Shown here one piece after another: positions 53,595 to 64,000 of a stretch of DNA of 64,000 bases. The stretch is from Takakia lepidozioides (Eukaryota; Plantae; Bryophyta): contig CM060731.1 in NCBI GenBank assembly GCA_030704615.1, forward strand, positions 28,210,001-28,274,000, written 5' to 3'. The translations under genes and the position numbers were made by a program. Below the pieces are notes generated by a model. That model did not search any database. It saw nothing but the letters and a program-made list of their open reading frames with translations, and was not told where the DNA came from. The stretch's first letter is position 1; every line of letters starts with the position of its first letter.

Positions 53595-55105
53595 GGAAAT
53601 ACGGCGGCGCATTTCCGTTTTGCTTCTTGGTCATGCACCAGAGCGACGGAAATGCGGCACCGAGTTTCCGTCCGGGGGAAACCTTTATACTCTCCAGAAC
53701 GGAAATGCGGTACCGCGTTTCCGTTCTGATTGAGAATTATGAACAACGGGAACAGAAATGCGGCACCGCATTTCCGTCCGAGTCGCACTTTTCCGACATT
53801 CCAGAACGGAAATGCGGCGCCGCATTTCCATTTTGTATCTGATGCATGGAGCTGAGGGATAGAAATGCTGCAGCACATTTCCGTCCTTAAAAGACATTCA
53901 TACTCTCCATAACGGAAATGCGGTACCGCATTTCCGTTCTGATTGAGAATTATGAACAACGGGAACAGAAATGCGGCACCGCATTTCTGTCGGAGTCGCA
54001 CTTTCCGACATTCCAGAACGGAAATGCGGCGCCGCATTTCCATTTTGTATCTGATGCATGGAGCCGAGTGCGATTCCGACAGCTTCATACAGCGCAATTC
54101 CGACCGCTTGAGACATTCATACTATCCAGAACGGAAATGCGGTACCGCATTTCCGTTCTGACTGAAAATCGTCAACCATCGGAACTGAAATGCGGCAGCG
54201 AATTTCCATCCGAGTTGCACCTCCCAACATTCCAGAACGGAAATGCGGCACCGCATTTCCGTTCTGATGAAATATCCTGAAACATCGGAACTGAAATGCG
54301 GTACCGCATTTCCGTCGGAGTCGCACCTTCCGACATTCCAAAACGGAAATGCGGCGCCGCATTTCCGTTTTGTATGTGAGGCATAGAACTGTGGAACGAA
54401 AATGCGGCACAGCATTTCCGCCAGCGTCAGAAGTTAATACTCTACAGAACGGAAATGCGGTACCGCATTTCCGTTCTGACTGAAAATCGTGCGCAACGGG
54501 AACAAAAATGCGGCACCGCATTTCCGTCCGAGTCGCACCTTCCGACATTCTAGAACGGAAATGCGGCGCCGCATTTCCGTTTTGTATATGGGGCCTGGAG
54601 CTGTGCTACGGAAATGTGTTGCCGCATTTCCATCCATGTGAGACCTTCAAACTTTCCAGACCGGAAATGCGGCACCGCATTTCTGTCCAGGTGAGACCTC
54701 TATACTTTCCCGAACGGAAATGTGGCACGACATTTCCGTTCATCAACTAACGTATGTGAAGGGGGAACGGAAATGCGGTACCGCATTTCCGTTCACATTG
54801 AAAATCATGAACCACGGGAACTGAAATGTTGTGCCTCATTCCCGTCCGAATCGCACCTTTCGACATTCCAGAACGGAAATGCGGCGCCGCATTTCCCTTT
54901 TGAATCTCATACATGGAGTTGTGGGACGGAAATGTGGCACCGTATTTCCGTTCAACAACTAAGGTATGTGAAGGTGGAACGGAAATGCGGTGCCGCATTT
55001 TCTTCCAACAAGTACGGATGTGTAGCTTCGTGATGGTACTTAACGGAAATGCGGCGCCGCATTCGCATTTTCGCTCCAACTCATCAGACGCTGGGACGGA
55101 AATGC
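53595..55105. repeat. Phased array of about 28 copies of 22-bp palindrome GGAAATGCGG(C/T)(G/A)CCGCATTTCC, 53-bp period, 212-bp higher-order unit
   Basis: Starts at 53595, 53648, 53701, 53754, 53808 ... and 17 consecutive starts exactly 53 bp apart from 54133 to 54981. Confidence 0.95.
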
Positions 55106-55501
55106 CTTGAAATGTGAACACGTGGAGCAACGGAATTGCTGCACATGTCGGCACTCTATCTGACTGAAGGGGCATGAGGCGGCGCGGCCTGACCGTTGGA
55201 TAATGATGTTTGTTTTTCGGACAGCAGGCGTACCCTGAACGATTCGAATTTCGTAATGACGCAAACTCCACGAGGAGACACTTTCGTCCAACCCTTTCGA
55301 ACCCAAGTGGTGCATCACCGCCGTTTCATCTACTTTTGTCGTGTCTCCTCAGTCACCCCTCTCGCGCCCTTTCCATCTGCACTCTTTGCCCCTTTTCCCT
55401 CTCTCTGTTCTTCTTATGCTCGAACCTGAGAGGGGGGAGTTCGTGCACCAGACAGGAGACCTCGTCGCAAGCTCCGGAAATTATACTTCGGACGTAGGCC
55501 A

Positions 55502-58500
55502 ATGCCGAAGGGGAGGAAGCAGATGCGTCTACAGGAGGAGATTGCCATCTCCGAGCAGCAGGCCACTCAGGCAACCCAGCCACCAGTGAGAGCTCCATGC
55601 GATTGGGCTGCGCGCAGCTGATCGAGCACCGAACCCCCCATTTTGCTTCTGTAATTCTTAGACTGAATGCTAGTAGACTTGAATGCATAACATGTTTGCA
55701 TGCCTAACAGGAAAGGTGGACGTGCTGGAGGGATCGCAGGAATCCGAAGAGCCGCAGGAAGAGTCCGAGGAGCTAGCTGCAGCACGTACACCCACCCGAT
55801 CCCCGAGCGCGGGTATTCCTGCCGGGCCTAGCCCTGTGCGATTCAAAGACGCGGCTTCGAAGGGCAAGTTCAAAGCCCCAGAGATCGACTCGCGTTCTTC
55901 GGTCATGGAGAATCGCCAGCAGGGGTCGGCCCTTCTCCAGCAAAGTCGAAGAAGAAGCAGCCCGTCCCTCTACTGGCTTCTGAACCGGCTCAGGCCGATT
56001 CACCCCCCCCAACGCGAATGAAGCAGCAGGGTAAAAGACAGATTCAATTGCAGCAGACACCTTCACCTGCAAGGATGAGGAAGCAGAAGGCAATCAGGGC
56101 GACGGCCGAACAATCTCCCGCAAAACCGCTTCCACGAGCTGAAGCTCAGTTCCTGGAGGATTTCCCGCCTGCAGATGTTGGGGCCGACTCTGCTGCAGCA
56201 AAGGCAATGGGATCGACCGTTGATCTCGATTTGGTACCGGAGGAGGGTGCTGCCGCTGAACGTTCGCAGCCAGACCTCACCACCGATGAGCAAGCAGGCC
56301 CGGAGGAGGCCTCTGCAATGGCAGAATTGCCCGCACACAGGCCCCAGAGTGCAGCTCCAGTTGAGGATGCTCCACCTGCTCAGCCACTACCGGCACCTAC
56401 AGACATGTCTCCGGAGGATTTCAAAAGTGCAGCGGATAAAATGTTGGAGGAGACACACAGTAGCATTGGCAGAGTTCTGGGCAGCAGGGTATTCCAGCGG
56501 ACTCTTCGAATCCCACTCTGTCGCATGGTCTCCCTTCCCATCGTCAGGCAGGCCCTTCCCGGAGATGTGGATAAGCTGAAGTTCGCATTTCGAGAAGGGT
56601 ACCGTCTGGGATCGGCAGCGTTTTACGTTTCCATTGAGAATGAGGACGGCGAAACTCGTGGACCCACTGCCGATGAATTGTCAACGTGGGATACCCACTG
56701 GCACACTCGCAACGACGAATTCGAGGCGACGCTGAAGGGTGATCCAGACTTCGGCCATATGTCTGGTAAAATGTTCTTTGTGTGGGACGGGAATCACCGA
56801 CTTCTCGCCTGGTGGGAGTACATCAAGCAGAACCATGCCAAGCACATTGGCTGGCATTACATGGTGGAGTGTGTCATCCTGAAGGTGAAGGCGGCAGACT
56901 CCTCCCTGCTCAAGAATGCCATGGCGGACCTCAACTCGTAAGATACTCATACCCTCCCTAGCACGTTCGAAATGCGGTGCCGCATTTTGGTTTCCATTCT
57001 GGTTTGTTTCCGTGCTTCCGTGTACTGAACTGGAGAGTGTGCCTTGCAGGGTCACTGAGAATGCGTACGTGCATACCCACATGGCACATATGCTGTACAG
57101 GGTGAGGAAAACTGGTCTCACTGATCCGCAGATGTTTGCGGAAATGCTGGAGCCCGAGCTCATTCAGAAAGCCGTTGCAAAAACAGACCGGACATGGTAT
57201 CGTCTCACTATGGATGGAATGGTGGAGGTGATATACGAAGTAAGTCGTCCTCCAATTTCCCTCTGCTCATCCTTCCCCAATTTTCAGTAATGTTTCCACA
57301 TGAATCGAATGTAACGCTTCTGCATGTTTTTGTTGGCAGTCAAACATCAAGCTGGATTTGGCCCATGCCAAACGCTTCTTCATGGAAAGTGAGGGGCAGG
57401 TGAAAACGTTGCAGTCATTGACTGAGCACTTGAAGGAAGCCGGTGTCAAGTCCAGAACCAAATACAAGTCAAAGCTTGTGAAGCTGGTGGCAATTGCAGA
57501 TCCGGCACTTGGAAAGGACTTCATCCCCGAGATTGCAAAACACTATTCTCGGGCCATGCAGCCGACCATGCAATTGGAGAAACTGCATCACCTCTCAACG
57601 GCATGTGTGGAGGCGAAAGAGAAGGTGAGGTTTCAATGCACTGAAGTTCCTTCCTAGCAATAGCCACTCTCTTCCAGCTCCTGACATTGGATCGGAAATG
57701 GCAGACACGGTGGCTGTCGATCTAGAATGCATCCGAGAGCATAAGGACAATGTGGTCTTTTCCACTGGAAGTTTCCGACCCTGCAGTGGATGTGTGGCTC
57801 AACCGTATGACTTGGTGGTTCCAGGTAATTCAAGGTACTTCCCCAGATTTGCTTTTCTGAAATGAATTCCCTGAACTGCTACGTGACAATGCATTTGGGA
57901 ATCGCAGGTAATGTCGAATGCGAAGGAGCAAGTCGTAATGCACACAAATTCGTTCGGCTTGTACGTCAAATGGAATGGAACACAGACATTGGAAGACTAC
58001 GTGACACGTTTCAGATGTGCGTACAAGGACAACCTTTTCGCCAGAGAGCTACAGACAGCAAGAAGGAGCGTGGAGTTTACACATCAGGAGGGAGCGGGGA
58101 AAGCTGCAATGCGAATTGTTTACAGGTGAAGCACAGCTGCCCTTGTATGCGAAGCCTGGTTACGAGGTTTGTCTCGGAAATGCGGCACCGCATTCGCATT
58201 TTATGTTTTCGGTGGCACTCTGCGAGTAGGTTGGTCTCAACTTTTGCTCACGCATGCTGACTGCCTTGCAGGTATATGAAATACGTGCTCCTTCAGACAG
58301 GGGCCCTGGCTCAAGAGCCCCCGTTCTTCATGGCTTGGACCGTGGCGGGCCCAAGCTGTGTCTACACACCCGAGATGCAGAAACAATGGCATCCCGCGCA
58401 TCTCGTTGGATGCCCGTGGTACCTGGACATGTCTGGCGGTATTGTTGACGAGTCTGAGAAAGATCTGCACGCCTTGGCAGAAGAAAGAGAAAGGAAAGAC

Positions 58501-60608
58501 GTGTCCCTGCTGGGCCAAAGTCGGCAAAGGAATCTGCTGCTCTGGAAGAATCCAGAAAGGCAGCTGAGATGGCACAAAAGACGGTGGATGCAGCTGTGCA
58601 GGCCCAACAGAAGGGGTCGAAGAAGAGGACTCGCCAGCAAGGAGCAGCTGTTGTGACACCCGCCAAAACGAAGAAGCAGAAACAGCCTGTTCAGGAAGAG
58701 GGTGAGGAAGAGGACTCCGATGGAGACTTTGCAACCAGCCCACCCCCCCAAACGCAGGCTGCCTCCCCTGTGCCCACCGTTGTCACGAGAGGCACGAGAA
58801 CTGGCTCGGCAAAGAAGGCACTCTTCAACCCCCCAGGGGGGCACCCTTTCGAGCCGGTGGAAATGAAGAGGCCGAAAGTGGCTCCCGAAACAGTAGTCCA
58901 GTGTGTAAATGAGAGTTTCTTGGCGGCTTTGGATGGACGGGCAGCCAAGTTGGCATACATGAAGACCATGGAGGGTCTGAAGGGCAGAGCACTGAAGAAG
59001 GCGACTGCCGAAGAGCCTTCCGACACCCCAGGATTTCAGAATATGGTCTCGTTCTTTGAGAGGGTGTGTGCAGACAAGGATTGTAGGAGGGGCGGAAATG
59101 CCACCGAGTGGTCTTGCGATATGATCATCTTGGATATTCCGGACGGAGAGCCTGTGGAAGGACTGCAAGCTTTGCCATCTTGGAACAGGTACTCGGAGGA
59201 CTTTTGGAAGAAAGGATTCGGGCTTGCCCGCATGGTGTTGGACGACAGAGGCTGTGTGGTTGTCCTGGCGAGCAGAGGAAAAAACACTCAGACAGGAATT
59301 GCGAAGGGACCCGCAAGAGCGCCGTCCCGATTCTGAAAAAGAAGTGGACGTGCATCAACACACTGGGCCTTCGGTCGGAAGGGAAGAAGGTGATTACGAC
59401 ACTGGCACTCGTCCATTCATTTGCTTGGGTGTTTTCAAATGCGGTGCCGCATTCGGTTTCTAATCGTTCCCCCCTGTGTATGCAGACGAAGCAGTTCGAT
59501 GCATACTGCTTTGTGAAGGAGAACTCCACCTTTGCTTTCCGGAAGGAGGGAGGAAAGGTTGACCCGAACTGCGACCCCCTCGATTACGACGTTCTGTTCA
59601 ACAACGTTCCCAAGGAACTTCTCCCTCATAGCCTCACTTCAACGGAACCCCTGCGGTACTCACGGACTCGGAGCCCTGCCTTCATTCAGACAATTATGGA
59701 GACATGCACAGACGTGGAGGGCACAGTGCTCGACCTCATCTGTGGGACAGGTATGCAGAATCTTGATCTATGCTGTTCTGCATGTAGTTCGCAACATCTG
59801 AAGCGCCATGTGGTAATGTGTGGATGGCATTGTAACAGGTGCCTCAATGTGGGCTGGGCGGTTTTCCGACCGGCACCTCTTTGCCTACGAGGAGGATTCA
59901 TCCGTGTGGGGATCCCATCTGGAAGGGCTGCAACGGAATGTTAAGGCTCCCGACAGAGCGGAAGTCTCCTCGGATTCGTCGGAGTCCGAGGAAGACACAG
60001 TGGACATTGATGCGGAGGAGAACCCGGAATACGAGTGAGTGCAAACATTGTAAGTTTGCAAAGCCTTCTGGGTCATTTTTGTCAAACGAATTTCCCGACT
60101 GTGGTTCTCATTAGTCTCGTTGATGATTGTCATGTGCAGGATTGCAGGGTCCGGGTCGAAACATGTAGGGCCTACACTTCCTGCCAGGAAGAATGTCCCG
60201 TTCTTTGCGAGGGCCGACTTCATGACGAGCCCGGTGAGGGACTACTCCCTTCCTAGTTATGCAGCTAAACTCGCAAATACAGCGATTAGAAGAAGTGAGA
60301 ATCCCAGTAAAGTAGAGCAGATTTTGGAGAGGGCTAGGGAGGACAGAAGGATAAGGAAAGAGTTGGCAGCAGCTCAGACAGGTAGACGGGTACGAAAGTA
60401 CATATGTGATTCAGCGGATGAGAGCGACGCAGACAGGGAGGAAGACGACCCAACGGAGGTGAGATGGACAGTTCCGCAAGGGGAAGATGGGATTTTCGAA
60501 AGCCTGGCCAACGAGCAGTCCGCTGGAGATGAGAAAGGCACTGAGGGGGTGGAGGCGGAGCAGGACAGTCTAGAACAGGATGAGGATTCGGATGATTTTC
60601 AAGATTAA
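55502..60608 (+). pseudogene. Multi-exon cargo gene: disordered N-terminus + ParB/Srx-like domain + amino-DNA-methyltransferase-like (beta-class) domain + acidic tail
   Basis: FFVWDGNHRLLAW at about 56775-56815; CDMIILDIPDG at about 59115-59147; RSPAFIQTIMETCTDVEGTVLDLICGT|GASMWAGRFSDRHLFAYEED across intron 59751-59838. GT-AG introns at 56938-57049, 57240-57339, about 58167-58271, 59390-59485 and 60035-60139. A few stops/frameshifts. Confidence 0.75.
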
Positions 60609-60744
60609 TAGAATTTTAATGAAGTCTCTGTAAATGTAAATTCTCTTCCAGAGTATATAAAGGAAATTCTGCCCGACATTCGTGACCCCTCTCCAGTGTG
60701 CATTCCAGCCACACAATCGCCCAAACCACGACGCTCCCAAAATC

Positions 60745-61546
60745 AGAAATGGGGCACCGCATTTCCAAAATTTTGGCAACTCTAAGAACCTCTTTTGGAA
60801 ATGCGGCACCGCATTTCCAAAACAGGGGAGGGACTAAATTTTCCATTTCAATGTTGGCATAGTAAAAAGTAATCGGCCGATTGGAAATGCGGTGCCGCAT
60901 TTCCAAAATTTCCTTTGTCCACACGCCAGTTTTGGCCTCTCCCGCTCATTGCATGGATGCCACCACGCTTACAGAGGTCGAACAAGGAGGTCGAACAAGG
61001 AGGTCGAGATGGCGGAATTGAAAATGCGGTGCCGCATTTCCATATTGGGGATGGTCGTTGTTCGAACTGCAGGCCCATCAGCAAAAATTGGCACCGCATT
61101 CCATTGTAAAAAAAAAGTCGATGACGGACATGGAAATGCGGCGCCGCATTTCCAGAACGGACATCGCAATTTGTCCATTTGCAGACCCTCTCACGGAAAT
61201 GCGGTAACGCATTCCATCGCGCTGGTCGGAAATGTCACACTTTTCGAAGTGTTGGACGGAAATGCGGCACCGCATTCCCTTGTCCAAAAAGAAGTTTCCA
61301 TTGCCAAGCTGGAAATGCGTCGCCGCATTTGCAATGCCAACCTCGTTGTCTGTCCAATTTATAGACCCGTGTTGGTATTTCGTGTACCTGGACGGAAATG
61401 ATGCACCGCATTTCATTGTCCGACACTGAAATGCGGTTCATACATTTCCATGTCGGCATGGAAATTCGGCACCGCATTTCCTTGTCCCACATGGAAATGC
61501 GGTGCCGCATTTCGATGCCGACATGGAAATGCGCCACCGCATTTCA
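60745..61546. repeat. Second array of about 14 copies of the same palindrome (last five about 33 bp apart)
   Basis: Copies at about 60745, 60797, 60883, 61020, 61082, 61132, 61195, 61258, 61311, 61394, 61427, 61460, 61493 and 61525. Confidence 0.9.
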
Positions 61547-61799
61547 ATGTCCGACATGGCGTTACTCTGGTATATTCTTGACACATGACTCACATACCGG
61601 TTACTCTGCTATATTCATCCGGACAGACACATTGTAGAAATGAGACATCAAATTGTAAACAGTGGGCCAATTCCGACAGTTATTCAACACAATGAAACAC
61701 AATCATACAGTGAGGTACGATGGGTTTATTGATCGGACACGATGTCTCACATTTACCAACTGCAGACAAAACTAAGCCCTTCCTCCTTCTACATGGGCT

Positions 61800-62378
61800 T
61801 CACCAAGTCGACGGAACTTCGATACCCCTCAAAACAAGCTCATCACTGCTGCGGCACCTCGAGGTAAACTGCAATTCGGTCGTTCTGCTGCCCTTGCTGG
61901 AGCCGACGACAATGTCATGTCCATCAATGATACCACCATCATACATTGACAAGGTCACTGTGGGCCTCATGTGCCCGTGCGATTCGTCTTCGCAACTCAG
62001 CCGAATGTCTCCATACACTGGAAGAGCGGAGTGATCTGCACGTATATAGTTTTCCCCGGTGCCGTCCTCCCTGGTCCACTGGCAGCAGTTCCAGCGCCAA
62101 AGCGAGGCCGTGCGTGATCTGTCCGGCATCCCTTTCCAGCTTGGTATATCGAGGTCAACAATTTTCAGGACCCACGGACCGCATTGACCCTCGCCCTCAC
62201 CTCGCTCAAAGCGGTAATAGCCCTCCAGATACTCCATTGCGCGCAAAGACTCTTGCTTGATTCCAGCAGCGTCTGTGAAAACAGAGAGCCAGACAATGAT
62301 GTCTCCTGATTCTGGTTTGAACATAGCATAATCGTGGCCATGATAAGGGCAGTCGGCTGGATTTCGGCGGCACGGCAT
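61800..62378 (-). CDS. Hypothetical protein, cargo paralog 1 (unknown family)
   Basis: Open 192-codon frame from ATG 62378; aligns end to end with 62891-63493. Confidence 0.65.
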   Translation of the reverse strand: MPCRRNPADCPYHGHDYAMFKPESGDIIVWLSVFTDAAGIKQESLRAMEYLEGYYRFERGEGEGQCGPWVLKIVDLDIPSWKGMPDRSRTASLWRWNCCQWTREDGTGENYIRADHSALPVYGDIRLSCEDESHGHMRPTVTLSMYDGGIIDGHDIVVGSSKGSRTTELQFTSRCRSSDELVLRGIEVPSTW

Positions 62379-62890
62379 CCTTGAAAAAGAGTAGCGGAGT
62401 ACGCTCAATGACAGCAGCTCCCGGATGGAGGAGGAGCAGCGCGGTGGCTGGAAAAAGTTCAAGCTAACGCTGCAATTCCTCACAAACACTCCAGGGCACA
62501 TTTAAATTTCCCCCCTACAGGATCCTGGACCGATGAAGATTGGCTGCTTCATGAATGTAGCCGTTTCAGTTTCCTACCCTGCCATGCAAACTATGGGCAC
62601 TCACTGCCAGGTGGGCCGATAGCCACTGGACACGACGAAGTCCATCCCCTCTTCGATGTAAATGCGGCGCCGAATTTCCATCCGGGGGGATGGACTTTGG
62701 TGGCAGATCTCAAACTATAACTTGTTGATGAGAAAGATGTATGGGTTCATCCACCGCCGGCGTGATGAACACGTTCCACCTTCGTCGGTGGGTACGTGGG
62801 ACCCAGATGCTCCATTATTGGAGGCCGGACTGCTCTTCCGCTTCGCATCATTTCCAAAATCTAAGGGCTTCGTAGCTGTCCGCAAGGTCA

Positions 62891-63493
62891 TTGTCATCTG
62901 CATCCAAGTCGTCCTCAGGTCCTCCTTTGCAAGGATGCTTCCGGAACCGGGACGACTGCCCATTTGGAGGCATCGATTATGCAATGTATTCAGCCACATC
63001 GGGAGACATTGTTATCTGGTACACAGATTACAGAGAAGATACTGGTTCGATTGTGGAAACATTGGTGGCTTTTGAGTATATCCTAGGCCACTACGCCTTT
63101 GAGCGGGGTGACGATCTTGGTCTGAGGAGTCCGTGGCTCCTGCGCATCCTCGATTCCGATTTTCCCAGCTACGACGGTCACCCATGCAGAAGAATGCGCA
63201 CTGCTATGCTGTTGCGGTGGAACTGCTGCCACTGGACGTGGGTGGACTCCATCGGAGAGACCTATTCTCCTCAAGGAGTGCGCTCCTCTTCTCCATTGTA
63301 TGGGGACATTCGCATTGGTGTGGACGACGAAAACGTGAAGATTTCCATATTCGATGGTGGTATGATTGAAGGGCAGGACATTGTGGTGAACATCACTAGG
63401 GGCGGTACAACGGCTGCAATCGACTTTACATGGATGAGCCCCATGACTCATGAGCTAGTTCTGAGAGCAGTCGAAGTCCCATTGACAACGTGA
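62891..63493 (+). CDS. Hypothetical protein, cargo paralog 2 (unknown family; start uncertain)
   Basis: Shared motifs RN..DCP..G.DYAM, SGDI..W, EY..G.Y.FERG, PW.L.I.D.D.PS, RWNCC.WT, P.YGDIR, DGG.I.G.DIVV, ELVLR..EVP. Confidence 0.65.
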   Translation: MSSASKSSSGPPLQGCFRNRDDCPFGGIDYAMYSATSGDIVIWYTDYREDTGSIVETLVAFEYILGHYAFERGDDLGLRSPWLLRILDSDFPSYDGHPCRRMRTAMLLRWNCCHWTWVDSIGETYSPQGVRSSSPLYGDIRIGVDDENVKISIFDGGMIEGQDIVVNITRGGTTAAIDFTWMSPMTHELVLRAVEVPLTT

Positions 63494-63904
63494 CTTGTAT
63501 TCAGTAGGCACAGGGGTAAAGATTTGATTGCACAATCAGCATAGTAGACGTGCTTCAAATGCAATTCATGTGGATCAATAAAAACCTCATTGTGCCCTCT
63601 TTTTATTCTATTCTGTGTCCATCGTTCCGAGAATGCGTCATTGCTCATTTCGTTTGGGATTGGGAGTGTGGGTGGATTTTGCAAGTGGCTGGTAGGCTGA
63701 AATGGGCCCCCATTGTACAGAGCAGTACCACCCTACCATTCGCGAAACATTGCCTTTCAATATATAATTCTAAATAACATTGCCGAACCTCCTTCATCGG
63801 GAGGTCCTTCTCCCCCTATGACCGTGGCACCCTAAACCCTATTCCCGCGGACACTCATTTCCGAAAAATAGTGCTGCTCATGTTTTTTTCCACACTTACG
63901 ACTC

Positions 63905-63965
63905 TGCTCATGGCTCATGCCGCTCATGGCTCATGGCTCATGAAATAGCAGCCCCCAAAATGAGA
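63905..63965 (+). mobile_element. Cargo-side TIR (ends 63956) + TSD AAAATGAGA (63957-63965)
   Basis: gctcatggctcatgccgctcatggctcatggctcatgaaatagcagccccc|aaaatgaga. Confidence 0.88.
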
Positions 63966-64000
63966 GAGCGGCATACAACCAAGGGAGAGAAGTGCTTTGT

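Larger units (their letters stand above)
48060..63956. mobile_element. MULE-like element copy B (about 15 kb) with ParB-MTase cargo; segment about 48060-50515 inverted
   Basis: Termini at 49819 and 63956; 9-bp TSD AAAATGAGA at 63957-63965 and its reverse complement at 49820-49828; the same palindrome occurs on both sides of the inversion. Confidence 0.88.

Noticed and set aside
53595-55105. CRISPR array (22-bp palindromic repeat + 31-bp spacers)
   Set aside because: The spacers are not unique but recur as a four-unit higher-order repeat. No cas genes are present, the context is eukaryotic, and the same motif is dispersed in introns.
53456-55318. Many overlapping ORFs (CGAAFP / EMRRRIS / GNAAPHF repeats), also at 60570-61637
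   Set aside because: These are translation artefacts of the stop-free palindromic repeat on both strands.
55502-60608. Bacterial or phage contamination explaining ParB + methylase
   Set aside because: The gene has multiple GT-AG introns, one conserved with the copy at 11828-12615, and it lies within TSD-bounded plant MULEs.

Overview
Eukaryotic, intron-containing land-plant DNA. The many degenerate PLS/E/DYW PPR copies suggest a non-seed plant with heavy organellar RNA editing (inference). The window is a heavily rearranged transposon and pseudogene region with no clearly intact host gene. The main discovery is a Mutator-like (MULE) DNA-transposon family present as 2-3 diverged copies. The best copy (B, about 48060-63956, about 15 kb) has short asymmetric TIRs with GCTCAT subterminal repeats and a 9-bp TSD (AAAATGAGA) that is recoverable across a 2.4-kb inversion. 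It encodes (i) a GCM/WRKY-like Zn domain + DDE + SWIM transposase, (ii) a divergently transcribed multi-exon cargo gene joining a ParB/Srx-like domain (WDGNHR) to a beta-class amino-(N6A/N4C) DNA methyltransferase-like domain, and (iii) two paralogous genes of unknown family. It also carries arrays of a 22-bp palindrome (GGAAATGCGGCGCCGCATTTCC) phased at 53 bp, with single copies in cargo-gene introns. Copy A (1-6065) has the same divergent layout but its own palindrome variant (ACTGAGTGCG-N4-CGCACTCAGT). Remnants at 11.8-14.8 kb (TSD CAGTATGGC) interrupt a CACTA gene. Other content: CACTA TnpD/TnpA-like pseudogenes split by inversions, a PHD-bearing Ty3/gypsy fragment, a Sola/DUF7869-like transposase relic, a LINE endonuclease fragment, Helitron-like repeats, telomere-like degenerate repeats, PPR-DYW pseudogene arrays, and RPS3a and SEC-C gene fragments. 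All family assignments are by eye from motifs; no searches were run.
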